Origin: Octopus bimaculoides
Taxonomy: Eukaryota
DNA length: 64,000 nucleotides
NCBI RefSeq assembly: GCF_001194135.2
Contig: NC_068996.1
Span: forward strand, 22,415,683-22,479,682
Direction of reading: 5' to 3'
In this document: positions 12,774 through 25,800 of the stretch, one piece after another
How positions within the stretch are numbered: the first letter of the stretch is position 1
Layout: each line of letters starts with the position of its first letter
Position numbers and translations under genes: made by a program
The notes under the pieces: generated by a model
Databases searched by the model: none
The model's input: only the letters and a program-made list of their open reading frames with translations
What the model was told of the DNA's origin: nothing

Positions 12774-13439
12774 TGTGTGTAGAGGAGCAAGAGATGAGGG
12801 GACGGGAGAAGTAGGCAACAGTTTTATAAGTTGATTTTTGGGGNNNNNNNNNNNNNNNNNNNNNNNNNNNNNNNNNNNNNNNNNNNNNNNNNNNNNNNNN
12901 NNNNNNNNNNNNNNNNNNNNNNNNNNNNNNNNNNNNNNNNNNNNNNNNNNNNNNNNNNNNNNNNNNNNNNNNNNNNNNNNNNNNNNNNNNNNNNNNNNNN
13001 NNNNNNNNNNNNNNNNNNNNNNNNNNNNNNNNNNNNNNNNNNNNNNNNNNNNNNNNNNNNNNNNNNNNNNNNNNNNNNNNNNNNNNNNNNNNNNNNNNNN
13101 NNNNGATGGGGGGAGAGCGACAAAAATACTTGATGATTTAATTACTTTATATTCTGATAATCATCAATTGATAAAACACAACTTTTATGTATACTCATAA
13201 TAACCATCCATATAAACACTTAAATTTAATTTATTCAAAAATAATTTATTTAAATTATCCTCTCAACGTAAGTGAGACACATTACGATTATACAGTTTAC
13301 AGGGGGTGGACAAGAGAGATGACATGTAGTTAGGTATGCTACAAGAGTGGAAAGGCAGGGGCGGGGGACAGGGAGAGGTGCAAATGTAGTGCATGAGGGG
13401 AGATAATTTGGTGGTGGTGGTGGTGTGTGTGTGTGTGCG

Positions 13440-13472
<33 letters not shown>

Positions 13473-13672
13473 TATGTGGGAGGAAATGAATCACAGTAAT
13501 TTGGGTGCAAATAGCTAACAAGTGAAATGGTTCCAGGCAGCAAAAAAAAAAAAAAAAAAAAAAAAAAGGTGGGGTGGATGGTCTTGTAGTGGTGGTAGTA
13601 AGGAAAATATTTGGCGGAGATTGGGCGCACACACCTATTATACAAACTTTAATTTAAATAGAAATCAAAAAG

Positions 13673-13678
13673 TTTATT
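13673..13678 (-). terminator. Candidate polyadenylation signal (AATAAA) of the TLDc gene
   Basis: AATAAA on the minus strand about 30 nt after the stop; the true 3' end could be more distal. Confidence 0.4.
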
Positions 13679-13708
13679 TCAAAGATAGCACTAAAATTTT
13701 TAAATTTA

Positions 13709-13804
13709 TCATCGATAGGAATGATTAGTCGATATACCACCCCATTCAAGTAACTGTTTGTCAGGATTATCTTCCCAGCTCTCTGATTTCTGATGAAGAG
13801 TAAA
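13709..13804 (-). CDS. TLDc gene exon 13 (last): FTLHQKSESWEDNPDKQLLEWGGISTNHSYR*
   Basis: cattattttcag| acceptor; TGA at 13711-13709. Confidence 0.92.
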   Translation of the reverse strand, partial: FTLHQKSESWEDNPDKQLLEWGGISTNHSYR

Positions 13805-16800
13805 CTGAAAATAATGAAAAACTTTGGAAAATTAGTATTCAAGGAATGGCTTTGCTTTAAAGTAAAGGATTCTATGAAGATATTGTTTAAATGTGTCTTA
13901 TGCTAAGTAAATTAGTTTTTTTCTTATTTACTCTGAAAGAAAATGTGAAAGCAATTGCCAGCCCTAGAATTTATCATTATATACATATTGTCACCACTAG
14001 TAAGGTCTGTGGTTCTTAGAGAAGTCCACAAATGGTATACTGCTCAAATGTCACTAACTTATTTAAAAAGAGCTATTTAAGAGCTTTGTTGGAAAGTTCT
14101 ACTGCACCCACTGTAATCTCTGGATATAATACCTTCAGATTATCACTTTATTTGCTCACTCACCAACAGTGTGTGTGACATTTCATTCAACAATGATGTG
14201 TAGCTGAAAACGTGACTTCTACTGTAAAGGCATTGACAAGCTAGTTGAATGTTGGCAAGAAGTTGTGAGCAATAAAGGAGAATACTTGAGACAGATTTCT
14301 TGAAATTATTGATGAAAAACAAGGATTAAAATAAATGGAAAAAGAAAAAAAAAACGAATTTATCCGACAACTCAATATAGCAATATACAATATATATTAG
14401 TGATATTATAAATAGTAGGCCAATTTCTCTAGGAAAAATAGTCAACACTGGAAGGACTTGAACCCTGAATGAATAAAGATAAGACTATAAACAACACTAA
14501 GGTATTCATTTAGACCAGTGGTTCTCAAGCAGGGTCCATATAGCCCTTTGGGGTCCACATAAGATTTTGTTGTTAAAATTTATGTACAATAAACTGGTTA
14601 TATTTCTACAATACACAAAATATTTTATCAATTTTTAAAATATAATTCCTAATATCATGAAAATGTAATAGGTTTCTTTTTAAACATCGAATAACTATAA
14701 AAGTCAAGTAGAATAAAACAGGAGTCAAAGGGGCTCCACAGGTAAAAAATGGTTGAGCACACTGATTTTAGATCAATACTATCAATTCTGCAAATTCATT
14801 GCCTTTAATTCAATACCAGTTTTTCATTGTAGCAGATCATTCCAGCTTGTGCTATCTCATCAATGAACACAAATATTTTAGTGCCTGACTTTCATCATCA
14901 TCATCGTTTAACGTCCACTTTCCATGCTAGCATGGGTTGGACGATTTGACTGAGGACTGGTGAAACCAGATGGCTACACCAGGCTCCAATCTGATTTGGC
15001 AGTTTCTACAGCTGAATGCCCTTCCTAACGCCAACCACTCCGAGAGTGTAGTGGGTGCTTTTACGTGTCACCTGCACGAAGACCAGTCAGGCGGTACTGG
15101 CAACGGCGACGCTCAAAATGGTGTATTTTATGTGCCACCCGCACAGGAGCCAGTCCAGGGGCACTGGCAATGATCACTATGAAGGCCAGTCAGGCGGTAC
15201 TGGCAATTTTCATATTCCATGACAAGCAGTACATCTTCACCTATTACTCGTTCTCGATCACATCAGAAGTCCATATCAATGCAGCTTTCTCTCCCATAGT
15301 TGATTACTTTAATGCCTAGCCTCTTTTCTGAATTTATCCAACAAATCCCACACACTCCATTCCTCTTAAGCATTTCTACATATTCCGCATTCGATATTTA
15401 TGTTTTATCAACATGTAATATTGTACTCTTTATATATACTTCACACATGACTTGGTTCTGTTCGCCTATCTCGTTTCTATCAAGCCACCACAGGTATTCC
15501 ACATTTAGTATCTCACTACTTTGAAATTTTACACTTCTTACATAAATAAGGTCAATGTTCATTACAAGCAGTTTCTTCCATTTCATTACTAAAATAAATT
15601 TAACGTACTATCAACAATCTCTAGTGAAACATTTAAACAGTTAATAGATTTTATTGCATTGGTGTCTTCACTGCTACCTACTCCTGTATATCTATTATAT
15701 TATAACATGTATCATATCTAAACAGTCCATAGGCTCCAATTGATGTATATCAATACTGTTAACTACTGCACATCTATTACATTTAGTGAAACACCTAAAC
15801 AGTTCAGACTTCCTTGCATCGAACTCCTGCCAACAATTTATGTACAACTATCATATCTGAAGCCCTGCTTCTCATCAGACTGCCAGCAATCCAACTGTAC
15901 TTTCTGCGTATCAACTTTTTTTAACACCAAATATGCAGTACTGAATTGTCTACTAAACCACAATATAAATGTTAACATTTACCCTTTAACATTTCGTCTT
16001 ATCAATTTCTCCTTCAAAATACTAATATAACATTAGGTTGTCAGATAAATTTGATCATTTTTTCTTTCCATCTATTTTAATCCTTTCTAATGTTATTTGA
16101 CGTGGAGGCGCAATGGCCCAGTGGTCAGGGCAGCGGACTCGCGGTTTCAATTCCCAGACCGGGTGTTGAGTGTTTATTGAGCAAAATCACCTAAAGCTCC
16201 ACGAGGCTCCGGCAGGGGATGGTGGCGAACCCTGCTGTACTCTTTCACCACAACTTTCTCTCACTCTTACTTCCTGTTTTTGTTGTGCCTGCAATTCAAA
16301 GGGTCAGCCTTGTCACACTGTGTCACGCTGAATATCCCCGAGAACTATGTTAAGGGTACACGTGTCTGTGGAGTACTCAGTCACTTGCACGTTAATCTCA
16401 CGAGCAGGCTGTTCTGTTGATCGGATCAACTGGAACCCTCGACGTCGTAAGCAACGGAGTACCAACAACAACAATGTTATTTGAATTCGCAAAAAATGTT
16501 TTTATTTATTGTGCTTTATCTTTTTTGTAGCTCTATTTTTGCTCTACAACTTTCTATTGTTTTTTAAATATGAATAATTTTTACCTCTATTAAAACATAG
16601 CAAGAAGAAAAGTAAAGGAATTTATCTGACAACCTTGTAGAAAGCTGACAGAATACATGTTACTAAAAAAAAATAAGGTTAAATAAAATAGGGTTAATAA
16701 AAAAGACAAAGAGAACATAGTTTGAAATAGTAAATTTTACCTTTTTAGTTCTGTGTTTTTGGGTGTCTTTGATTTCCCACTGTTTCTGCTTTATTTGTGC

Positions 16801-19800
16801 TTCTAGAGCACCAGGTCCACCACAACCCCAAACCTTGAAATAAAATTTATACATAAATAGATTTACCTCTAACACTACTTCAAAATAATGTAGAAATTTT
16901 AAAATCAAAAAATTCATTGATATTAAAGAAGAGATTAATTTCAATGAACTATATGTTATATATGTATGTATGTGAAGGTGAAGGCGCAATGGCCCAGTGG
17001 TTAGGGCAGCGGACTCGTGGTCATAGGATCGCGGTTTCGATTCCCAGACCGGGCATTGTGAGTGTTTATTGAGCGAAAACACCTAAAGCCCCACGAGGCT
17101 CCGGCAGGGGATGGTGGTGAACCCTGCTGTACTCTTCCATCACAACTTTCTCTTACTTCCTGTTTCTGTTGTGCCTGTAATTGAAAGGGTCAGCCTTGTC
17201 ACACTGTGTCATGCTGAATATCCCTGAGAACTACGTTAAGGGTACACGTGTCTGTGCAGTGCTCAGCCACTTGCATGCTAATTTCACAAGCAGGCTGTTC
17301 CACTGATCGGATCAACTGGAACCCTCGACGTTGTAAGCGACGGAGTGCCAACGACAACAACATGTATATGTGAAGGCACGTGGCTTAGCGGTTAAGGTAT
17401 TCAGCTCATGATCATAAGGTCATAAATATAATTCCTGGTGACGCAGTGTGTACTTGAGCAAGACGCTATTTCATGTTGCTCCAGTCCACTCAGCTGGCAA
17501 AAATGAGTAGTACCTGTATTTCAAAGGGCCAACCTTGTTACACTCTGTGTCATGCTGAATTTCCCCATGAACTATGATAACGGTACAAGTGTCAATGGAG
17601 TGCTCAGCCATTTCCATGTTAATTTCACAAACAGGATGTGATTGGATCAACTGGAATCCTTGTTGTTGTAACTGGAGTGCCAATTAATCAATATATATAT
17701 ATATGCGAATGAGTGGACAAATGAATAGAAAAAGGCATTCAACACATTTAGGATTTACATACACTATTATTTAAAAGTTTGATTCAGCTCCTTACAACTC
17801 AGAGTTTCACAGGCTTCTTACAGAAACCTAACTCATTCAAGGTCAGATTACCAAATTAGGTATTTTGAGCTTGAATGAACTGGGTTTCTGCAAAACTGAG
17901 TGACACGGAGCTGAATTAAACTGTTTTAAGCAATAACATATGTATATGTAATATTTTTATTTTGATCAAGTCAGCCTCTTACTTCTGATTTTCACTTGGG
18001 TACACAAGGTCTTCATGCAAGTTATGACTTAACCAAAATAAGAATATCGTTAACCTCAACTACAGCTTTAAGTACTCTTTCTTCTGACAGTTAACACTAA
18101 AGGATACACACACACACACACCTGCAGATCAAAGAATATATAAAATTTAAACAAATCAATGAGAGAAAATCTATATGGTTGCTTGACCTGTTAGAAATAA
18201 CTACCAAATCTCTCAAATCACACTTCATCTTAAAAATTTAAACTATGCATTAGATAATGCAATCCTAGACACTCTTAAAAAGCATGATGATCATTGTTGG
18301 AATGCTTTTGATCATAAGATCTAGTTGATTAGATTTGTGCTGGGATTATGGGAAAACAAAACAACAGAATAAAAATTCTAGAAGAACAGGTACTTACTTC
18401 AACTCTGTGTAATTTACATGTAACACCATAATGTTTTATGGAATCAAACTCAGAAGGTATTTCCAAAATCAATGACTTGGCATCTCGGCCTATCTGAATA
18501 CCTTTCTTCATTTCTCTGTTGTGTTCATTCCAAAGAAGCATATTTGGTCCAGCTATATAAACAGAATCAATAGATACTAAAACAAATCTGATTAATCAAA
18601 AGAAGAGAAGGAATAATTATGAAAGTCAAACTGTGTCGGTGTTGATTAATAAGGATAATTAAATTAATCATTATCATTATTAATTATCTTCTAGATAACA
18701 CTTCAACAAATTTTAGAAAAATATGAAATTGCTTTCTCAACCATGCCTTAATACTTAGTTATAATACTGATGATGTTAGATATAATATTGTATTTATACA
18801 GAGTGGTGAGTCTTGTCTAAGGTTTAACACTGATGGATTTAAATATAACATAAAATAAGAAATGATGGTATGACAAAACTAAAGAAGCATGTCTTTCAAT
18901 GTGTGTTTTTTCTTATCTTTCAGAGCTTTCATGCGACAAAATGTATATTGTAAATTCAAATAAACAGTACTGTTTTAATAGGGGACAGATCTTCCATACT
19001 GGCATAGGTTACGTTAGCTGGTTTGACAAGATCCAATGAGTCCAAGGAATACACAATGTCTGCTTTGGCATGGTTTGTATGACTAGATGCCCTTCCAAAT
19101 GCTGTAACCATGTACTGTGACACCAGTACTAGTGAGGTCACCATGCAGCTTGAAAAACTAATATCCCTTTGACTAAATGGGGCTACAGTGAAGAAGGGAG
19201 GCAAGTTTATGTTAGGAGATGAGAGGTGAAAGTGTGACAGAAGCTCACATTCTATAATGTGGGAGTAACTGAGGTGGAGCTGGAAAGAGAGATAAACTAT
19301 TTGGTGATAAGGTCTAAGGATAGACCTTTAAAGTACAAAGTGAATAGAAATGATTGGGGACAGAAGAGGCAGTGCAGATGGGTAAACTTGCAAGATTGTA
19401 TGGGGAGAGTAAGAGATGGTTGGAGGTAGGGGTTATGAATGAGGGAGAAAATATAAAGAATGATGATTGAAGAGTTGTTGATAAATGTGTTTGAGGGATG
19501 AAAGTAGTGAATGGTGGACAAAAGTGGAATGGGTGATTGATGATTCGTGAGTTGAGGAAAGGTAAGGGAGAGTAGGTGATGAGTGTCAACAGAGAAAATG
19601 GATAAAGAGCAGCAGGATGAGAGAAAGGGAGATGATGTGTGGGTTGATAAATTGCATGAGTGTGAGGGGAAAATGAGAGGTATATACTGAATTATATAGA
19701 GATAATTCAGTAACAGAGAAAGGTGATCAGTGTAAAATGTGGAGAGAGAGAGAGAGAGAGAGTGTGTGTGTGGGTGTGTCTGAAGAATGAAGGATTGGTC

Positions 19801-22800
19801 AACAAAGATGTTAACTGGATTGAAAAAAAAAGAATAAGAAAAAAAATAAATGTAAAGAAATACAAACACACATATACACCAACATAATTGTTTTAACATC
19901 TGCTTTTCCATGTTTGTATAGGTCAGCAGGAATTTGAGACAGATTTTTTGTGGTTGGATGCCCTTCCTGTTGCCAACCCCCACTTTTCCCAGGTGAGATG
20001 ATATTTTACCATGGAAGAGAGGAAACAGACAACATCACTTCTATGATGGTAATACTTATTTACAACAATCCATGATACTTCTAAACAAGGTTACACACAA
20101 ACACCACATACATTTGTCAAATTCACTCAGAGGTTTGGTTGGCTAAGGGCTATAGTGGAAGACACTGGCCCAAGATACCATGCAGTGTGACTGAACCCAG
20201 ACTACATGGTTGGGAAGTAAGCTAAACTTACCTTGCATGACTCTGTAAATGGGAAGTAGCTGTATTAAAAGGCACTGGTCATTCCCATAACGTCTTGATC
20301 CTTCCCTGGAAGTGCCAAAAGCAAAGATTATATGAAATTGTTCAACTGAAGAAATGAATTCAATAAATTAATGCTTATCATAACTTTTAATCAGAAGAAA
20401 GACACAGAAGAAAAAAACAGATAGAGGAGAAAGGGAAGTAGAGAGAAATTTTATGGATAATGCCAACAAAATGGCAATTTAACCTTTTCATTCCCATAAG
20501 AGTAGTGTGCTTCCATGAAATTCTGTTTTCTGCTGAGGATATGGCGGCTAAAATAGTTGTCATGCTTCCAACAGCTTCCAAGACCACTGCCATGAGTAAA
20601 ACACAAGTTAACAAGTGGTTTTCATGCTTTAGGAATGGGCACTTGTTGCTTGAACACCAACCTCATTCAGGGTGAATGTTGTGCCTTGCCTGCTCATGGA
20701 AAATCAAAAGCAGTCACAACAGAATGCTTGTCCTGAACTGAAAGAACAGTTGGAAGTTGATCTGGATCTTTTTTCAAAGGTCATCATTGGTGATGGAAGC
20801 TGGTGCTACAGCTACGACCTAGAATCAAGTTAACAGAAGCATTCAATGTTACCACACCCCCAAAAAGTGCGTCAAGTAAAGTACGATGCTGATTTGTTTC
20901 ACTGATATGAAAAGAATTGTCCACACACAATTTGTTCCTCCTGGTTAAACTGTTAACCAGACATTTTACACGGTAGTTACGGGAGACGAAAATGCCCTGA
21001 CCTGTAGCAAAGTGGAGAGTGGTGGTTGCATCATGATAATGCTCCTGCACACCCTGTCTTGAGGTGTGAGACAGTTTTTGACCAAAAATGGGCCGACCCT
21101 GCTTACCCACCCTCCCTATTCACCCAATCTTACTCCCTGCAACATTTTTTTTGTTCCCCCGAATGAAAAAAGTCCTTAAAAGAAAACATGTTGCAAATGT
21201 GGAAGAGATGAACAAAAAAAATGATGAAGATATTAAAAGGCATTAATTTGAAAGAGTTCCAGCACTGCTTCGAACAGTGGAAAACACATCTGGACTGATG
21301 CATGGCTTCAAATGGAGAATACTTTGAAGGTGATAAAAGTATAAACATGTAAAACTAAGTGAATAAAATAATATTGCAAAATTCCAGTTTCTTTCGGGTA
21401 CCTCCTTGTATATATTGTTGATATATGATAACTTTTAACAACCTACTGAAAATGTTTGAAGGCAAAGTCCTGAAATGACTGAGCAGAAAATATCTGGACA
21501 ATGTATTTTTTGCCATCATTTTAATACCTGCCTTTAGCTAAAGGCATCACTGTACAGTAAACAAGTTTGCTTCCTGACCACATGGTTCTGGATTTAGCCC
21601 TACTATGTAGCACCTTGGGCAAGTGTCTTTTGCAATAGCTCCAGGCCAACTAGATCTTTGTGAATGGATCTGGTAGATAGAAACTAAATGAATGTGTGCG
21701 TGCATGCATGTGTTACTGTTGCCTTGCCTTGACATCACATGATAGTTGTAAACAAACGTGTCCATCATACAAGTGGTATCCTTTAATATCAACCTTGTGT
21801 GAAAACATGTCTGACTATGGGGGGGAAAAATGACTTTACTTGGAAGATGGTGAAGGTTGGTGACAGAAAAGGTATCTTGCTGTAGAAAATTTGCATCAAC
21901 AAGCATGGAAAAATGGATTTTAAAATGATAAAGATGAATGTTGATGATCTTTCCATTTTTGGCTGGGTCAGACAGAATATGTTGAGATACATTTTCTAGG
22001 AAAGATGTCCTTCCTGTCACCAATACCCACAAGGTAAGATCTCTCCATGGCTGGACAGGTTTTCACAACAGCTTGTAAATAAACTGCACCATCATATGAG
22101 CGTGACAAGTTTATAACAATTGTGTGATGTCAAAGCAAGCAGATACACACACAATGAGCTTCTTTCACTTTCTGTCTATCAAATCCACTCATAAGGCTCT
22201 GATCTACCTACAACTACAGAAGACAAGGTGCTATGCAGTGGAAGTGAGCTGCAAACTACCTACTTGAGAAGCAAACTTCTAAACCACACAGCTATGGATG
22301 GTCAGATTGTGAAAATTGGCAGTATTGCAGAAAAAAGTTTATTTTAAATATAAGTAGATATTTATACTAGAAATAATGGTTTGTTGTTAATTAGATGAAA
22401 TAACATCAACTAAAAACAAACACACTAAGACATGTATAAGAAAGATGACAGCTCCCTTTTCTTCTATATACAAATTAGATTTTTAGGGTTATCATACTGA
22501 TCAAAATCCAATGGGAAAATACTTAATAGGTTTCACATCATGTTCTAAAATCATTTTTGAAACAACAACATGTGCAGAAGATACATTGTATGATCATTCT
22601 TCAGGTAATATTTTGTTCAAGCTACTTGAAAAATTGGACAGATATTAGACATTGATGTGTGCATGGAATAAATCAATATATTGCTCTGATTATCATCCCC
22701 AAAGTCTTTTCTGTTGTTTATTAATCAATTAAATCATGGAATATATTGTCACTCAAAGAATGATTAGCAGCCATTTATCAAAGAAAACTTTTGAGAAAAA

Positions 22801-25800
22801 AAAATAGCAAAGATTCAGCAATATGTGTTACAGAAAATAGAGAAATTATAGAGAAAAATTTAAAGTTTTCTTAGATTTAGAGAGTTTCAAACTTCCTTAA
22901 AATGAATGCTAATAAGGATGATTGAGTCATGTAGTTTCATGTGGTACAGGACTAACAGGCAGATGTGAAGTTTTACGATACTATGAGGTTTTGAGCATTC
23001 ACTTAAGCTGACAAAGTATGCTGAATTATAAGACCAAGTTGTTACCTCCAGCCACAATCAGATGCGATACAATAAAGGTTTTTAGCTTCAAATGAAAGCA
23101 ATGTAACACAGGAACCTTTGTAAGATGAAACATGATGGGAAAATCTATTAAAAGAAAAAAAAAAAATCCAGTTAATTAAAAATATTAAGGGTTTTAAATG
23201 ATAGCAGCATGGATGACACATGTTAACCATTCAAAAACACACAAGGGCTGTTCACTTCACTTAAATGTTTATTACTTGTTATATGTTCACTGGTAAGGAT
23301 GATAGAGTAATCTTTATCAGTGATCAGGTTGCAGTTTCAAACAACAAAACTTTTGACTCCATACAACAAATAAATGTTTAAGTGAATTTAAGTATTCTGA
23401 TTTTGAGTGACTAAGATGTGTCTTCCATGCTACAATTGTTTTACTTTCAACAGACATTCTCAGATCAAATCACTTACCTAGCAAGTGCACCTCTGAAATT
23501 AAGGTTCAATATTTTAAGAATTTCAAAATTTATCATTTTTATGTCCACTTTTCTATGTTAGCATGGTTTGGACAGAACTTTTTGGGAGTGGTACTTATGG
23601 TTGGATAACCTATCTCACACCAACCTTTTAGTGGTTCCTTACGACATGCAGAAATATGGTATACCTATTCCAAACACCAGGAAACATTTGAGAAAAGGAG
23701 AGTTTGTCCTGTCTGTACGTGCTTTATTTAAATCCATTAACAGACATTATCAATTGATGTACAAACAACTGTATACTGAAATACAAAGCCATTTCTGGCT
23801 TATATCATTACTTTAAATAATAAAATATATTGTTTTTTTAAATTTGTAAAAGGTACCTCACTCATGTATAGCAAATTAAATCTTTAGCATACCCATAGTT
23901 ATATGAACAAGATTATTAAGAAGCTAACAGTGAGAGACAAGTAATTTAACTCTCAAATCAATCGTTTTGTAAATCAAATCATTGAAACTACTATTTTTAG
24001 GCAGTAGGTGCCACACCCACCCCAAGCCCATTTATATTTCAAAACATTTCATTAGGCTTACCAACATGATCTCATTTCAAGTGTTAGGAGATCCAGCACA
24101 GATGTTACTAATCCATTTTCAGAATTCTAAACTTATTAAATCCAATATCAATATTTATGATTATTTTCAAGACCAAAATATGCTTCTTGACATGTTGAGT
24201 CTGTAAACTGGTCTCATTTTAGTTTAGTTAAAGCTAATCCACTTATGTATGTTACACAATCTCATTCAGTTTTTCTCTATAGTTACATATGTTGTTCCCC
24301 AGCCTACACCCTAATATGAAATCCAAATTTACCAGTTTACCAGTTTTTTCTTTTTTTAAATCTCAAACATCTCCAAGGGAGTTGTGAATAGTAATATGAA
24401 TACATCTAAATTGTAATAACACCACCAAAGTATTTCAAACAATAGCTTTAAAATTGTTTTGGAGTTGTTCAACTCTACATACAATTACAAGTGCTACCAA
24501 TGGGAATATCATCTTACAACCATTTTCATTCCTGTATCTTTTCAGTTTCAAACACTTGACATACCTTAAACAGTGGTAACTGAAAACTTGTTGCACTACT
24601 CATTTTACATTAATTTTTCATGCTGACATGGGTTATATAGGACTTTCTTAAGACAATTTTTTTTTTTGCCAAATGACCTTACTGATGCCAACATTTTTAG
24701 TTGCTTCTCACAACAATGGTGGGATACAGTGTACCTAATCTAAAAAAAAATTAAAATAAATAAATTGGAATACATGTGTTACATACTCCAAGCAAAGGAT
24801 ATAAAAGATACTGGACTCAGCATATGTATTGAGTTCAAATTTATCTGCAGATTCTTTGTTGTTTCTCATTGCCAGACACAATGTTATCTCACTACATCTG
24901 TCAGAAACAGGAAAAAAAAAACAAACATCTGAGAATATCTGTGATAGACTGAGAGTCCTATCCCAGGGGAGATTTATAAGTAGCAGCTGTTTTATGAACT
25001 ACTCACAACTCCTTGCGACATGTACATAATCTTCAACAGATGAAATCAAACCACACCACCACTGCATTACAGATGTAGGCATGACTGTGTGTTTAAGTTT
25101 GCTTCACAACCATGTGGTTAAGTTCCACTGTGGCACCTTGGGCAAATGTTTTTTTTATTATATAGCCCAGGGGCAATCGAAGCCAGCCTTGTGATTGCAT
25201 TTGGTTGATGGAAACAAAGAAATGTGCATGGACACACACAATGTATATGTATGTATATATGTATTATATACATGTTTGTGTGTATGTATGTATGCAATTT
25301 TCTAAAAATCATTGAGCTACCTGAACTGACATTGTTGTAGTCCCACCCACTCCATCAACAAAACATCTGCTGAATTTGCATTTTCAGATCTGTGTAAAAT
25401 AAAAAATCTCTTACTTGAAATACAAGTAAAGGTTAGCAACAGAAAGGGCATCCAGCCATAAAACAATTCCTCAGAACTATATTCGTCTAACCCATACTAG
25501 TATGGTAAAATGGACAAAGAAACAAATGAAAATAAATAGTGATGTGAGGCTATAAAAACAAACAAAAGGAAAATCAATATATAATACTGAGTGGTTGGCG
25601 TTAGGAAGGGCATCCAGCTGTAGAAACTCTGCCAAATCAGACTGGAGCCTGGTGTTGCCATCCGGTTTCACCAGTCCTCAGTCAAATCGTCCAACCCATG
25701 CTAGCATGGAAAGCGGACGTTAAACGATGATGATGATGATGATGAATACTGTTTTTATCTTAAATTAGCAGCAGTAGAGAAAGCATTTGTCTATAAAATC

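Noticed and set aside
16102-16170. tRNA-like sequences with A/B boxes (also 16977, 37177, 48804)
   Set aside because: SINE heads continuing into SINE bodies; no full cloverleaf
19297-19983. 228-aa minus-strand ORF
   Set aside because: Low complexity; a mosaic of a SINE piece, a (GA)/(GT) microsatellite and a pyrimidine-rich LINE remnant; no splice signals fitting the host gene
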